Positions 55,488-64,000 of a stretch of 64,000 nucleotides of DNA are shown piece after piece. Each line of letters opens with the position of its first letter. Within the stretch, counting starts at the first letter, position 1. Position numbers and translations under genes: made by a program. The notes under the pieces were generated by a model. That model was given only the letters and a program-made list of their open reading frames with translations. It did not search any database and had not been told where the DNA came from. Origin of the DNA: Thermoplasmata archaeon (GTDB lineage: Archaea; Thermoplasmatota; Thermoplasmata; RBG-16-68-12); contig DATEUA010000141.1 of assembly GCA_035283405.1 (NCBI GenBank), forward strand, positions 8,984-72,983, given 5' to 3'.

Positions 55488-56228
55488 TCAGAGCCTCTGG
55501 TCCGGCTTCAGAATGCGCGACTCCACATTCCCCTTCGTCTTCGCGTTCAGCCGCTCGAGAAACTCCGTCTGCATCCCCGCGGGCATCTCGACGACTCCAA
55601 TCCACGCACCGGAGGGCTGCCACTCCTCCCGCACAATGGACCCGAAGGCCTTCAGGTCGCCGTAACACTTCGCGCCGTCTTCCGCGCTCAGCTTGACGGC
55701 GATCCGGACCTTCTCGAACCGGATCGGGATGAGCGGGCGTAACGCGTCGAGGACATCCTTCACCTGCTCCTCGAGGCTCTTGAACGGGTCCACGTGGACC
55801 TTCGCCTCTTCCATCGCGATTTCGATTCGCTGCGCGGGGTGCGGCCCGCCGGTTTGCGGGTTGATGGCGTTCGCCGCGATGTAATGGACGATCTGCTTCC
55901 GCTTTGCCTCCTGCATGTCGCGCCGCTGCTCCGTCGTGAGCTGGATCTCCCCACGCTTGATGATCTGTTTCGCGACGTCGAGGACCGCGGTCGTTCCGAA
56001 GATCTCCACCATCTTGTCCTCCGACGCCTTCGAGCCCTTGTGGGCGTCGCGGAAGATTTCGTCGATCGCGAGTTCCTTGAGCAGGTCGACCTCTTTCCCG
56101 TCTCGCAGCCTCTGGACCGCCTCGGGTTTCACGAGGACTTCGAACTTCTCGCCCGATTTCTCGATGCGGGCTATCACGAACTCGCTGAACAGGTCATCCC
56201 GGCGGTCCGAACGGAGCTCCTTGGGCAT
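55488..56228 (-). CDS. sdo1: Ribosome maturation factor SBDS/SDO1
   Basis: [45 protein letters not shown]. Confidence 0.95.
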   Translation of the reverse strand: MPKELRSDRRDDLFSEFVIARIEKSGEKFEVLVKPEAVQRLRDGKEVDLLKELAIDEIFRDAHKGSKASEDKMVEIFGTTAVLDVAKQIIKRGEIQLTTEQRRDMQEAKRKQIVHYIAANAINPQTGGPHPAQRIEIAMEEAKVHVDPFKSLEEQVKDVLDALRPLIPIRFEKVRIAVKLSAEDGAKCYGDLKAFGSIVREEWQPSGAWIGVVEMPAGMQTEFLERLNAKTKGNVESRILKPDQRL

Positions 56229-56236
56229 ACGCGCCC

Positions 56237-56959
56237 CTAGGAGGCGGGCAGCCGGCGGAGGTAGTCGGCCACTTCCTGCTCGGAGAGTCGCCGGAACCTC
56301 TGGCCTTCGAGGACGACGCCGACCTCGATCGCGCGGGAGTCGAGCTTCTCTCCCTCAGACGCTTTCTGGAGGGCCTCGAGCCCTAGGAGGACCGCATCGT
56401 CCTGGGCCATTTCGTCCCGGTACTTCTCCTCGAAAAGCTCCATGACCGCGTTGCGTCCTGCTCCGATGCACCCGGCCTTGTACGAGACGAGGGCCCCGCT
56501 CGGGTCCGTCTCGAACAGATGCGTCCCCATGTCGTCAACGCCAGCGACGAGAAGGGCTGTGCCGAACGGCCTCACGCCCCCGTATTGGGTGTAGTTCTGC
56601 TTGTAGTCGCAGATCCGCTTCACGAGGAGGTCCACGCCGATCTTCTCGTTGTACGTGACCTTGTTGATCTGCGCGACGACGCGAGCGTAGTCCACGAGGA
56701 CGCGTGCGTCCGCAACGAGACCGGAGGTCGCCGCACCGACGTGCTCGTCGATCTGGAAGATCTTCTCGATGGAAGACGTTTCGACGAGCCTCGATCCGAT
56801 CTTCTTGTCCGCCATCAGGACGATCCCGTTCTTGAACTTCAGGCCCGCGGTCGTGTTCCCTCGCGTCACGGCGACGCGGGCGTATTCGACCTGGAAGAGA
56901 CGCCCATCCGGGCTGAAGACGGTGATTGCCCGGTCATATGCCATTTGGCCCGGCTGCAT
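56237..56959 (-). CDS. psmA: Proteasome subunit alpha
   Basis: [40 protein letters not shown]. Confidence 0.97.
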   Translation of the reverse strand: MQPGQMAYDRAITVFSPDGRLFQVEYARVAVTRGNTTAGLKFKNGIVLMADKKIGSRLVETSSIEKIFQIDEHVGAATSGLVADARVLVDYARVVAQINKVTYNEKIGVDLLVKRICDYKQNYTQYGGVRPFGTALLVAGVDDMGTHLFETDPSGALVSYKAGCIGAGRNAVMELFEEKYRDEMAQDDAVLLGLEALQKASEGEKLDSRAIEVGVVLEGQRFRRLSEQEVADYLRRLPAS

Positions 56960-57040
56960 AAGCGACCCTCGGTTCGGCATCTAATATTGCGGTCGCTTAT
57001 AAGGCTTGGTTCAGAAGTCTCAGACAAGGGACGAGGGCCG

Positions 57041-57325
57041 TCAACGGAGATACTTCTCCGTCGCCCGCCGAATCGTTCCCGACGTCCCCAGGGTCGTCAC
57101 GCGGACCGCTTGGCCGGCGACGCGGTCGATGGAGACGAGAGCGCGAATCGTCTCGTCCTTCTCGAAGTTCGTACAGCGGACGAGGCCCTTCGTCGCGTGG
57201 AACTCGACGAGGGACGCGCGCCCGAGGCAGGCCCGGAGCGCGTCGACGACGTCATCGCGCCGGAACGAGCTGGATCCCTCGATCCAGAACGCGACGTACC
57301 GGTACCGCGGAGGCCGGGGGCTCAC
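57041..57325 (-). CDS. pop5: RNase P protein Rpp14/Pop5
   Basis: RYRYVAF, GLVRC, TLGTSGTIRRA; conserved position before psmA. Confidence 0.88.
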   Translation of the reverse strand: MSPRPPRYRYVAFWIEGSSSFRRDDVVDALRACLGRASLVEFHATKGLVRCTNFEKDETIRALVSIDRVAGQAVRVTTLGTSGTIRRATEKYLR

Positions 57326-57378
57326 ACTCGCACCGTAAGGAACGAAAGAGGAAAAGGGTTGGGAAAAGGGGGAGGAGG

Positions 57379-58530
57379 TCAGCGGACTTCGTCGACATCG
57401 CTCGATGTCGCCACGGGGCCCGTGTAGACCTCCTTGCCGAGCAAGGACTTCGACTTGACCCCCGTGATCACGATCAGCACGCGTACCGTGTTCGCGAGCT
57501 TGTCCTCGACGGAACAGCCCCAGATGATCCGGGCCTGCGGGTTGACCTTCTCGCCGACGATCTCGGCTGCGCGCTCCGCCTCGGAGACCGTGAGGTCGGG
57601 TCCGCCGACGACGCGCACAAGGGCGCCTCGCGCGTGGGTGAGGTCGACTTCGCCGAGGAGGGGCGACTCGAGGGCCTCGTTGATCGCGTATTCGATCCGA
57701 TCCCGCTCTTCCTCGCTCTCGCCGATTCCGATCATCGCGACGCCACCGCCCTTCATGATCGTCATCAGGTCCGCGTAGTCGAGGTTCACGAGCCCGGGCT
57801 TCGTGATGATCTCCGTCATGCCCTTGATCGACTGCATCAGGATCTCGTCGGCGACCTTGAACGCGGCGTTGATCGGCAGGCGGGGCACGAGCTCGAGGAG
57901 CTTGTCGTTGTAGATCACGATCGTCGTATCGCAGAACTTGCGGAGCTTGTCCAGGCCGGACTGGGCGTTCTCCATGCGGATCTTGCCCTCGGACTTGAAG
58001 GGCATCGTGACGACGCCCATCACGAGGGCGCCCTCCTCCTTCGACACCCGCGCGACGTACTGCGCAGATCCCGTGCCGGTCCCGCCGCCCAAGCCCGCCG
58101 TGATGAAGACCACGTGGGCGCCGCGGATGAACTCGCGGATCTCCTCTTCGCTCTCACGGGCCGCCTGCTCGCCGACCTCCGGAAGGGCGCCTGCGCCGAG
58201 CCCCTTCGTGAGACGCTTCCCGATGAGGATCTTCTTCGGTGCGTGGACCGCGAGGAGATGCTTCGCGTCCGTGTTCACGGCGGCCATCTGGGCACCCGAG
58301 ATCCCGGCCTCGCTGCACCGGTGGATCGTGTTCGAGCCGCCGCCGCCGCATCCGACGATCTTAATCGAGACGTTGATCGATTCGACGATCTTCTCGATTT
58401 CTTCGTCCTCGTTCGTCTTCGCCGCCTTCGTCCCCTTCGACGGCGCGGGCTTCTCCTGTTCCTTCGCCTCTTCTTGATGACGGGCCAAGGCCTCGTTCAG
58501 AATGGACTTTACCATGTCATCCCATCCCAT
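57379..58530 (-). CDS. ftsZ: Cell division protein FtsZ
   Basis: [32 protein letters not shown]; alternative start at 58515; pyrimidine tract downstream. Confidence 0.97.
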   Translation of the reverse strand: MGWDDMVKSILNEALARHQEEAKEQEKPAPSKGTKAAKTNEDEEIEKIVESINVSIKIVGCGGGGSNTIHRCSEAGISGAQMAAVNTDAKHLLAVHAPKKILIGKRLTKGLGAGALPEVGEQAARESEEEIREFIRGAHVVFITAGLGGGTGTGSAQYVARVSKEEGALVMGVVTMPFKSEGKIRMENAQSGLDKLRKFCDTTIVIYNDKLLELVPRLPINAAFKVADEILMQSIKGMTEIITKPGLVNLDYADLMTIMKGGGVAMIGIGESEEERDRIEYAINEALESPLLGEVDLTHARGALVRVVGGPDLTVSEAERAAEIVGEKVNPQARIIWGCSVEDKLANTVRVLIVITGVKSKSLLGKEVYTGPVATSSDVDEVR

Positions 58531-58639
58531 CGGGTTCTGACGGCCGGGAGAATCAGGGTGGCTCTATTTAAAACTAGTCATACGTTCGTCTGACACGCTC
58601 CAGGGACGGAGCCGCCCTTCGATTCGCGCGGCCCCTTCG

Positions 58640-59422
58640 CTACGACGGGGTCCTAGAGTCGCCGTTCGCGACGTGCACCGTGACGCCCGCGTTCGTGATG
58701 TCGAACGGATACACGAACTCCTCGTGGCTGGAGCCCTTGTACTTCTCCACGGAGATGAACCGCTTGATCCCCGAGTCGTCCCGGAGCTTGTGGAGCCGGA
58801 CCTCGCCCCGGGCGAGGAACGCCTCCGGCGGGGCCTCCCCTTCCTCCGGGAGCTCGAGGGTCAGGATCGACGTAAGCCCGGCTTCCGTGAGGAACCGGAT
58901 GAAGGACTGGGTCGTGAGGGTCTCCTCGAACTCCCGCATGCAGAAGTACTTCAGTGCCGTCATCGAGTCGACGACGATGCGGTGGTATTTCCGCTTCACG
59001 AACAGCTTCTTGAGCAGCTGCAGGAGCGAGTGCACGCTGACCTCCTGGCTCTCGAAGTCCGGGGTCTTGCGGATCCCTTCCCCGACGGCCCGCATCTTCA
59101 CGGGTTCCGTCTCCGTGGAGATCTCCATGATCGGGGTCGGCTCGAACCGTCGGATGTCCGAGATCGCGTCGAGCACGTCGAGATCGTCCAGGTTCCAGCG
59201 GAACGGACGCAGGTTGATCTTGAGCTCGTTGGGGGGCTCTTCGAGCGCGATGAACAGACATCGTTCCCCGCCCTCGAGACCCTCCCGCAGGAATTGGATC
59301 GAGAGGATGGTCTTCCCGGATCCGGGCGGGCCCGACACGATGTACGGCCGGCCCGGGACGAGCCCCCCGTGAAGCATCTTGTCCAGTCCGAGCACGCCCG
59401 TGCGGATCTTCGCCAATCCCAT
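58640..59422 (-). CDS. KaiC/RAD55-like ATPase
   Basis: TGVLGLDKMLHGGL, GPPGSGKT, ALEE, RIVVDS, SVEKYKGSSH. Confidence 0.9.
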   Translation of the reverse strand: MGLAKIRTGVLGLDKMLHGGLVPGRPYIVSGPPGSGKTILSIQFLREGLEGGERCLFIALEEPPNELKINLRPFRWNLDDLDVLDAISDIRRFEPTPIMEISTETEPVKMRAVGEGIRKTPDFESQEVSVHSLLQLLKKLFVKRKYHRIVVDSMTALKYFCMREFEETLTTQSFIRFLTEAGLTSILTLELPEEGEAPPEAFLARGEVRLHKLRDDSGIKRFISVEKYKGSSHEEFVYPFDITNAGVTVHVANGDSRTPS

Positions 59423-60511
59423 CTATCGCGCCACCCCCGGGGGCAGGGGCAGCTCCGTCGGCGGAGGAGGCGGCGGCGAGTCGCCGAGCCGTTGGCGCAG
59501 AAGGGAGTCGCAGGCGAGAGCCTGCTTCAGCGCCTTCTGATAGTTCCGTCGCTGGAAGTGGACCATCGCGCGCGACACGGCGACCTCGACGTCCTTCACG
59601 GCGATCTGCTTGCGGTGGGCCTCGTCGATCTGATGCAGGACGCCGTCGAGGACCGAGGAGACCTCCGCGATGATCCGTGACTCGAGGAACGACTCGCCCA
59701 CTCGGAGGCTTACCGCCCCGGACCGGAAGCTCGTCTGCCCGTTCGGCTGGACGACGATCCCGGTCCCGCCGATCGACAACGGGCGGACATGATCGTCAAA
59801 CCGGGTCCCCCGGAACTTCTCGATGGACACCGCACGGCGGATCACGTTCCCGTCGAGCCACTTGTGGAGCCGGATCTCGCCGCGGCTGAGGAAGAACTCG
59901 GTCTCGATCGTCGTCCGGTTGAGGCGCTCCGAGACGAGCAGGCACGTCGCCTCGATCTCAGAGAGGAACCGCATGAACGACTGGATCAGGATGCGGCTGT
60001 CCTCCCCCTGCATCGAGAACATCTTCAACGCCGTCAGGGAGTCGACGACGATGCGCCGGTACCGCTCCTTCGCCTTCTCGAGGCGGTGGGAGAACTCCTG
60101 CTTGATCATCTTCTGCACGCTGTGCACGCTCACCTCGAGGGCGTGAATCTGGGAGGACTGCCGCACTCCCTGGACGTCCTCCATGTCCCGCACGTCAAGG
60201 GCCGTCCCGACGTCGATGACGGATCGCGTCCGCCTGTGCGCCCGGATGTCCGGGGTCGCGTCGAGGATCTTGAGCCGGTCCAGGTTCCAGCCGAAGATGC
60301 CCATGTTCGCCTTCACCTCGCTTGGCGGTTCGTCGAGCGTCACCAGGAGGCAGGGTTCCCCGCGGCGGAGCCCGTCGAGGAGGAATTGGGCCGCGAGGAT
60401 CGTCTTCCCGCTCCCCGTCGGTCCGGAGACCACGTAAGGCCGGGCGGGAAGCAGCCCGCCGCTCAGCATCACATCGAGTCCTTCGACCCCGGTGCTCACG
60501 CGGTCCGACAT
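59423..60511 (-). CDS. KaiC/RAD55-like ATPase with helical C-terminal extension and Pro-rich tail
   Basis: TGVEGLDVMLSGGL, GPTGSGKT, TLDE, RIVVDS, SIEKFRG; its stop directly abuts the ATG of the paralog. Confidence 0.9.
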   Translation of the reverse strand: MSDRVSTGVEGLDVMLSGGLLPARPYVVSGPTGSGKTILAAQFLLDGLRRGEPCLLVTLDEPPSEVKANMGIFGWNLDRLKILDATPDIRAHRRTRSVIDVGTALDVRDMEDVQGVRQSSQIHALEVSVHSVQKMIKQEFSHRLEKAKERYRRIVVDSLTALKMFSMQGEDSRILIQSFMRFLSEIEATCLLVSERLNRTTIETEFFLSRGEIRLHKWLDGNVIRRAVSIEKFRGTRFDDHVRPLSIGGTGIVVQPNGQTSFRSGAVSLRVGESFLESRIIAEVSSVLDGVLHQIDEAHRKQIAVKDVEVAVSRAMVHFQRRNYQKALKQALACDSLLRQRLGDSPPPPPPTELPLPPGVAR

Positions 60512-60628
60512 GGGACGGGAACATGAAGCGACCCTGCGGTTCGACGATAAAGGTTCCGACGTGAGAATCACGGGGGCGCCGCGCGTGTCGACGGCCGACG
60601 AAACCGCCCTCCCGGGCGCGCGACCCGA

Positions 60629-60764
60629 TAGCGGGGGATGGACTTCCAGAGACGGAGGCTCGACCTCGCGTCCTTTTGAACCATCGATCTCCGGGTCTCT
60701 CTCCGGGGACCTGGGCGTCCCGGGCTATGAGCCCGACGGGATATCCTGGCTACCCCACCCCGCT
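60629..60764 (-). tRNA. Initiator tRNA-Met (CAT) with two introns: 60697-60725 (37/38) and 60643-60674 (59/60)
   Basis: Spliced sequence AGCGGGGTGGGGTAGCCAGGATATCCCGTCGGGCTCATA|ACCCGGAGATCGATGGTTCAAA|TCCATCCCCCGCTA is a full cloverleaf with A1:U72 and three G:C pairs in the anticodon stem; both insertions form BHB-type junctions. Confidence 0.93.
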
Positions 60765-60842
60765 GCCTCGGAGGACGCGGCCCTGAGAGGGCGGTGCCGT
60801 CCGCATCCGCGCGGGGCGCATAAAGGTATCGCGGGCCGTCGT

Positions 60843-61172
60843 TCAGAAGAACTTGCGGAATCGCGCCAGGTCCTCGAGGTTCCCCTTCAGCCGGATTTTT
60901 CCCATCGCGTACGCCTTCCAGGGACCGATCTCCCGGAGGAGCAGCCCGCGGAGGGTGTCCGTGTCCGTGATGATCGCCACGTCCGGATGCTCGACTCCGC
61001 CATCCTGGACCCCGGACAGCTTCGAATCCTTCAGGACGAAGTGGTACTTCGTGCCATCCTTGAGCTCGATCAGGACGGTCTTCGTGACGCCGACGAGTTC
61101 GTCGCGTAGGCCCGCGTCCCCGTCGACCTTCGCGTTGAATTTCGCGACGAGGCCGTCCAAGAGGTCCTTCAT
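60843..61172 (-). CDS. SCP2 sterol/lipid-binding domain protein
   Basis: PDVAIITDTDTLRGLL...AYAMGKIRLKGNLEDL. Confidence 0.85.
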   Translation of the reverse strand: MKDLLDGLVAKFNAKVDGDAGLRDELVGVTKTVLIELKDGTKYHFVLKDSKLSGVQDGGVEHPDVAIITDTDTLRGLLLREIGPWKAYAMGKIRLKGNLEDLARFRKFF

Positions 61173-61822
61173 CAGCGTTCCCCGAACGCGTCGAGCTTGC
61201 GGATCTTCGACTCCGCGAGCAGACGCCTCGCGGTGTCCCACGAGGCGCGGGTGTGGGGCGGGAGAGATCCCTTCTCCCGTATCCATTTTTCCAGGAACCG
61301 GATCGTGTCCGGGTCCGATGGGTAGCCCGAGCCGACGGGTTCGCCGAACTCGCATTCGATCGCACGGACCTCCGCGTCCCGGCGGACCTTCGCCAGGATC
61401 GACGCGGCCCCGACGACGGGGAAGAGGTCGTCCGCCTTGTGCTGGGAGATGATCTCCACGTCGCAGCTGACCTCCCTCAGGATCGCGCGCTTGAACTCGA
61501 TTTCATTGACGTCTGCCGCGTCCACGTACGCGGTCTCCGGATGCAGCTCCGAGATGATCGTCGCGAACAGCCTCGCCTCGAAGTCGTTCAGGCTCATCTC
61601 CGCCCGCATCACGTCGATCTCCTCGGCCGGGACGACGACGAGGTGGCACCTCGCGATCCTCTCGATCTCGGGGGCGAGAGTCTCGCGTCGGTCCGGTGCC
61701 AGCTTCTTCGAGTCGCGCACCCCGAGGCGCCGGAAAGGGGCGTCCGATTCGACCGCGACCCCGGCGACCACTAGAGGACCGATCACGGGCCCGCGGCCCG
61801 CCTCATCGACGCCGCAGATCAC
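61172..61822 (-). CDS. rnhB: Ribonuclease HII
   Basis: GVDEAGRGPVIGPLV, VRDSKKL, HKAD, AASILAKV, GSGYPSDP. Confidence 0.96.
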   Translation of the reverse strand: MICGVDEAGRGPVIGPLVVAGVAVESDAPFRRLGVRDSKKLAPDRRETLAPEIERIARCHLVVVPAEEIDVMRAEMSLNDFEARLFATIISELHPETAYVDAADVNEIEFKRAILREVSCDVEIISQHKADDLFPVVGAASILAKVRRDAEVRAIECEFGEPVGSGYPSDPDTIRFLEKWIREKGSLPPHTRASWDTARRLLAESKIRKLDAFGER

Positions 61823-61825
61823 GGT

Positions 61826-63112
61826 TCATGCCTCGAAAAGCTCCCGCGCGGTCTCCTGCGCGAGCGCGATGACCTCTTCTTCATCCACGCTTCGGACCAC
61901 GCCGTCCGCCATGAGGACACGTCCGTCCACGATTGTCGCCAGGACATCGCTGCCGCGGCAGGCGTAGACGAGATGGCGGATGACCCTCTCGGGATAAAAA
62001 GGAGTCGCGTGAGGGCCGCGGAGGGAGACGACCGTCAGGTCCGCGCGCTTCCCGACTTCGATGGAGCCCAGATCCGCCTCCCGCCCGAGGGCGCGGGCGC
62101 CTCCGATCGTCGCGAGGTCAAGGACCGTCTGGGCGGGCATCACCCGCGCGTCCCATCGGGAGGATTTGTGCAACAGCGCGGCGGTCTTCATGTCCCCGAA
62201 CATGTCCATCCCGTTGTTCGAGATCGGAGAGTCCGTCCCGAGGGAGACCGTGACGCCCTCCTGGAGCATCTCGGGGACCGGCGCGACCCCGCCGGACGCG
62301 AGCTTCATGTTCGACACGGGGCAGTGGGCGACGCTCACCCCGTGACGCGCGAGAATCCGGACTTCGCCCAGGGTGAGCCAGACGCAGTGCGCCGCGGTGA
62401 GTCGAGGCCCGAGGAAGCCAATCTTCTCGAGCCATTCGACGGGACGCAGGCCCGTCTTGTCGACGTGGCCGTACACCTCCCCGCGGGTCTCCGACAGGTG
62501 CGTGTGGAGGCGGACGCCATGCCGCTCGGCGACGGCGCGGGCCGCCGCGTACGTTTCCTCCGAGGTCACGTAGACGCCCTGGACCCCGACGGACGGGGTG
62601 ACGAGGGGATCGTCCTTGTGCCTTGCGACGAACTGGTCCGCGTTCTTCGCGGGATTCCCGCGCTGCGTCGTGTGTGCCTCGTCCAGCGTGTTCCACGAGA
62701 GGAAGCCGCGGATCCCGGATTCGCGGACGGCGCGGGCCACCTCATCCTCCCAGTAGAACAGGTCGTGGAAGCTCGTCGTGCCGGAGCGAATCATCTCGAG
62801 GCAGCCGAGGAGGGCACCGAGCTGCACGTCCCGCCGTGTGAGAAGCGCATCGATCGCGAACGACTTCTCGAGCATCTCCTCGAGTGGCACGTCGTCCGCG
62901 ACACCGCGAAGCAGCGTGTTCGCGACGTGATGGTGCGTGTTGATGAGGCCCGGGAGGACCGCGCACCGGGAACAGTCCAGGACTTCGTCGGCGGACGCAT
63001 CGACGCGGCCCACTCCTGCGATGAGGCCCTCCTCGACGAGGACGTCTCCCGGGAGGACCCGGCGCTCCGCATCCTGCGTGACGAGCAGCCCACCGCGGAG
63101 GAGGAGCGACAT
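61826..63112 (-). CDS. mtaD: Amidohydrolase, 5-methylthioadenosine/S-adenosylhomocysteine deaminase-like
   Basis: PGLINTHHH, SGTT, HTHLSET, AHCVWL, CPVSNMKLASG, LGTD, GSIEVGKRAD. Confidence 0.85.
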   Translation of the reverse strand: MSLLLRGGLLVTQDAERRVLPGDVLVEEGLIAGVGRVDASADEVLDCSRCAVLPGLINTHHHVANTLLRGVADDVPLEEMLEKSFAIDALLTRRDVQLGALLGCLEMIRSGTTSFHDLFYWEDEVARAVRESGIRGFLSWNTLDEAHTTQRGNPAKNADQFVARHKDDPLVTPSVGVQGVYVTSEETYAAARAVAERHGVRLHTHLSETRGEVYGHVDKTGLRPVEWLEKIGFLGPRLTAAHCVWLTLGEVRILARHGVSVAHCPVSNMKLASGGVAPVPEMLQEGVTVSLGTDSPISNNGMDMFGDMKTAALLHKSSRWDARVMPAQTVLDLATIGGARALGREADLGSIEVGKRADLTVVSLRGPHATPFYPERVIRHLVYACRGSDVLATIVDGRVLMADGVVRSVDEEEVIALAQETARELFEA

Positions 63113-63176
63113 GCCCACGGCGCCGATGCGGGGCACGCTAGAAAGGTTTTGCGGGGACGACGCGTTGTGGCCTTCC

Positions 63177-64000
63177 GTGGCCGCGACCTTCCAAGACGCG
63201 CTGGCCCGGTGCCTCGAGTCGATCCCCCGGGGACGCGTGGCGACGTGCGGCGCGGTCGGTCGGGCCCTCGGGGACGTCCGCGCGGCGAGGGCGGTCTGGT
63301 CCTTCGTCCGCGATCACCCGGAGATGCCCGGAGTCCACCGGATCGTCCGCGCGGATGGCGGCCCCGTTTCGAGGGACGCGGCGGATCGGTTGCGAGGGGA
63401 CGGCGTGGCCTTGACGGGCGGTCGTGTCCCCGCCTCCCGGTTCCTCGAGCCGCTCGAACCGGACGGATACCTGCTCTCCCTTCGCGCCGGGCAGAGACGC
63501 CTCTCGAAGCGGGTCATCAACCGAGACGATTTTGCCGGGCCCGATGTCGTCGGGGGCGTGGACGCGGCGTACCTGGATGAGGTAGCGTACGTGGCCGGGA
63601 CGACGTTCGACCGCCGGTTGGACCCCATCCAGGTCGTCGGAACGTCGGTGGCGGTCGACTTTCCCTACATCCCGACGTACCTTGCGTTCCGGGAGCTGCC
63701 TGCGATCGAAGCGGCCGTGAAGCGACTCGAGCCGCGGCCGGACGTCCTTCTCATCGACGGCCACGGCCGGCTTCATCCGGAGCGATTCGGTATCGCCTGT
63801 CATGCGGGTGTCGTCCTGGACATCCCGACGATTGGCGTCGCAAAGCGTCCCCTCGCGGGCCGTGTGCGGCCGGGGGGGAGGCGACACTCCGCATCACTCG
63901 TCGAAATCGACGGGGTGGCGGAAGGATACGCGTGGACTCCCCCCGGCTGCTCGCGGTCTCTCTTCGTCTCGGCGGGGCATCGCGTCGGCCTGGAGACCGC
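63177..64000 (+). CDS. nfi: Alkyltransferase-like (Ogt/MGMT DNA-binding) domain fused to endonuclease V (runs off window edge)
   Basis: Manual translation: IPRGRVATCGAVGRALGD.RAARAV...PGVHRIVRADG, then in frame GVDAAY, FPYIPTYLAFRE, LIDGHGRLHP.RFGIACH, PTIGVAK. Confidence 0.88.
   Translation, partial: MAATFQDALARCLESIPRGRVATCGAVGRALGDVRAARAVWSFVRDHPEMPGVHRIVRADGGPVSRDAADRLRGDGVALTGGRVPASRFLEPLEPDGYLLSLRAGQRRLSKRVINRDDFAGPDVVGGVDAAYLDEVAYVAGTTFDRRLDPIQVVGTSVAVDFPYIPTYLAFRELPAIEAAVKRLEPRPDVLLIDGHGRLHPERFGIACHAGVVLDIPTIGVAKRPLAGRVRPGGRRHSASLVEIDGVAEGYAWTPPGCSRSLFVSAGHRVGLET

Noticed and set aside
60568..61365. ORFs spanning the 60570-60840 gap
   Set aside because: The interval is explained by the intron-containing tRNA and its flanks; the translations are low-complexity.

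Overview
High-GC, gene-dense core-genome segment of an archaeon. Gene content, the initiator tRNA sequence, the giant AglB and the many double zinc-ribbon proteins point to class Thermoplasmata; a high-GC uncultured soil/sediment lineage is an inference. Housekeeping blocks: bud32 (partial), XPD-like helicase, larB, hps-rraA, rnhA, tsr3, trm112, aglB, purD/folD/metF/purH/purN, metG, ribB-ribL-ribC-ribH, pgi/pmi, tRNA-Ser(GGA), cbf5-cmk-DUF106, the proteasome/exosome superoperon (pop5-psmA-sdo1-rrp4-rrp41-rrp42-rpl37ae-rpoP-pcc1-pfdB), ftsZ, rnhB and mtaD. No transposon, integrase, prophage or CRISPR array was seen. Most notable observations: (1) an initiator tRNA-Met gene interrupted by two BHB-type introns (37/38 and non-canonical 59/60) and enclosed in a long leader-trailer duplex; (2) a signalling cluster of a Rab-like GTPase, a KaiC ATPase, a Roadblock protein and a Cys-rich/Cys-less pair of V4R-like paralogs, in a window that holds four KaiC-like ATPases, one degenerate KaiC-like protein and two Roadblock proteins; (3) a dual-guide C/D box sRNA; (4) twin type IV pilin genes with an identical 5' GAAA hairpin and position-conserved upstream motifs; (5) a Cys-less alkyltransferase-like/EndoV fusion, a PEGA-repeat G1 glutamic peptidase, a candidate anti-SD sRNA and two apparent non-AUG starts. 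All calls are by motif recognition only, with no database searches; several start codons were moved from the supplied ORF track.
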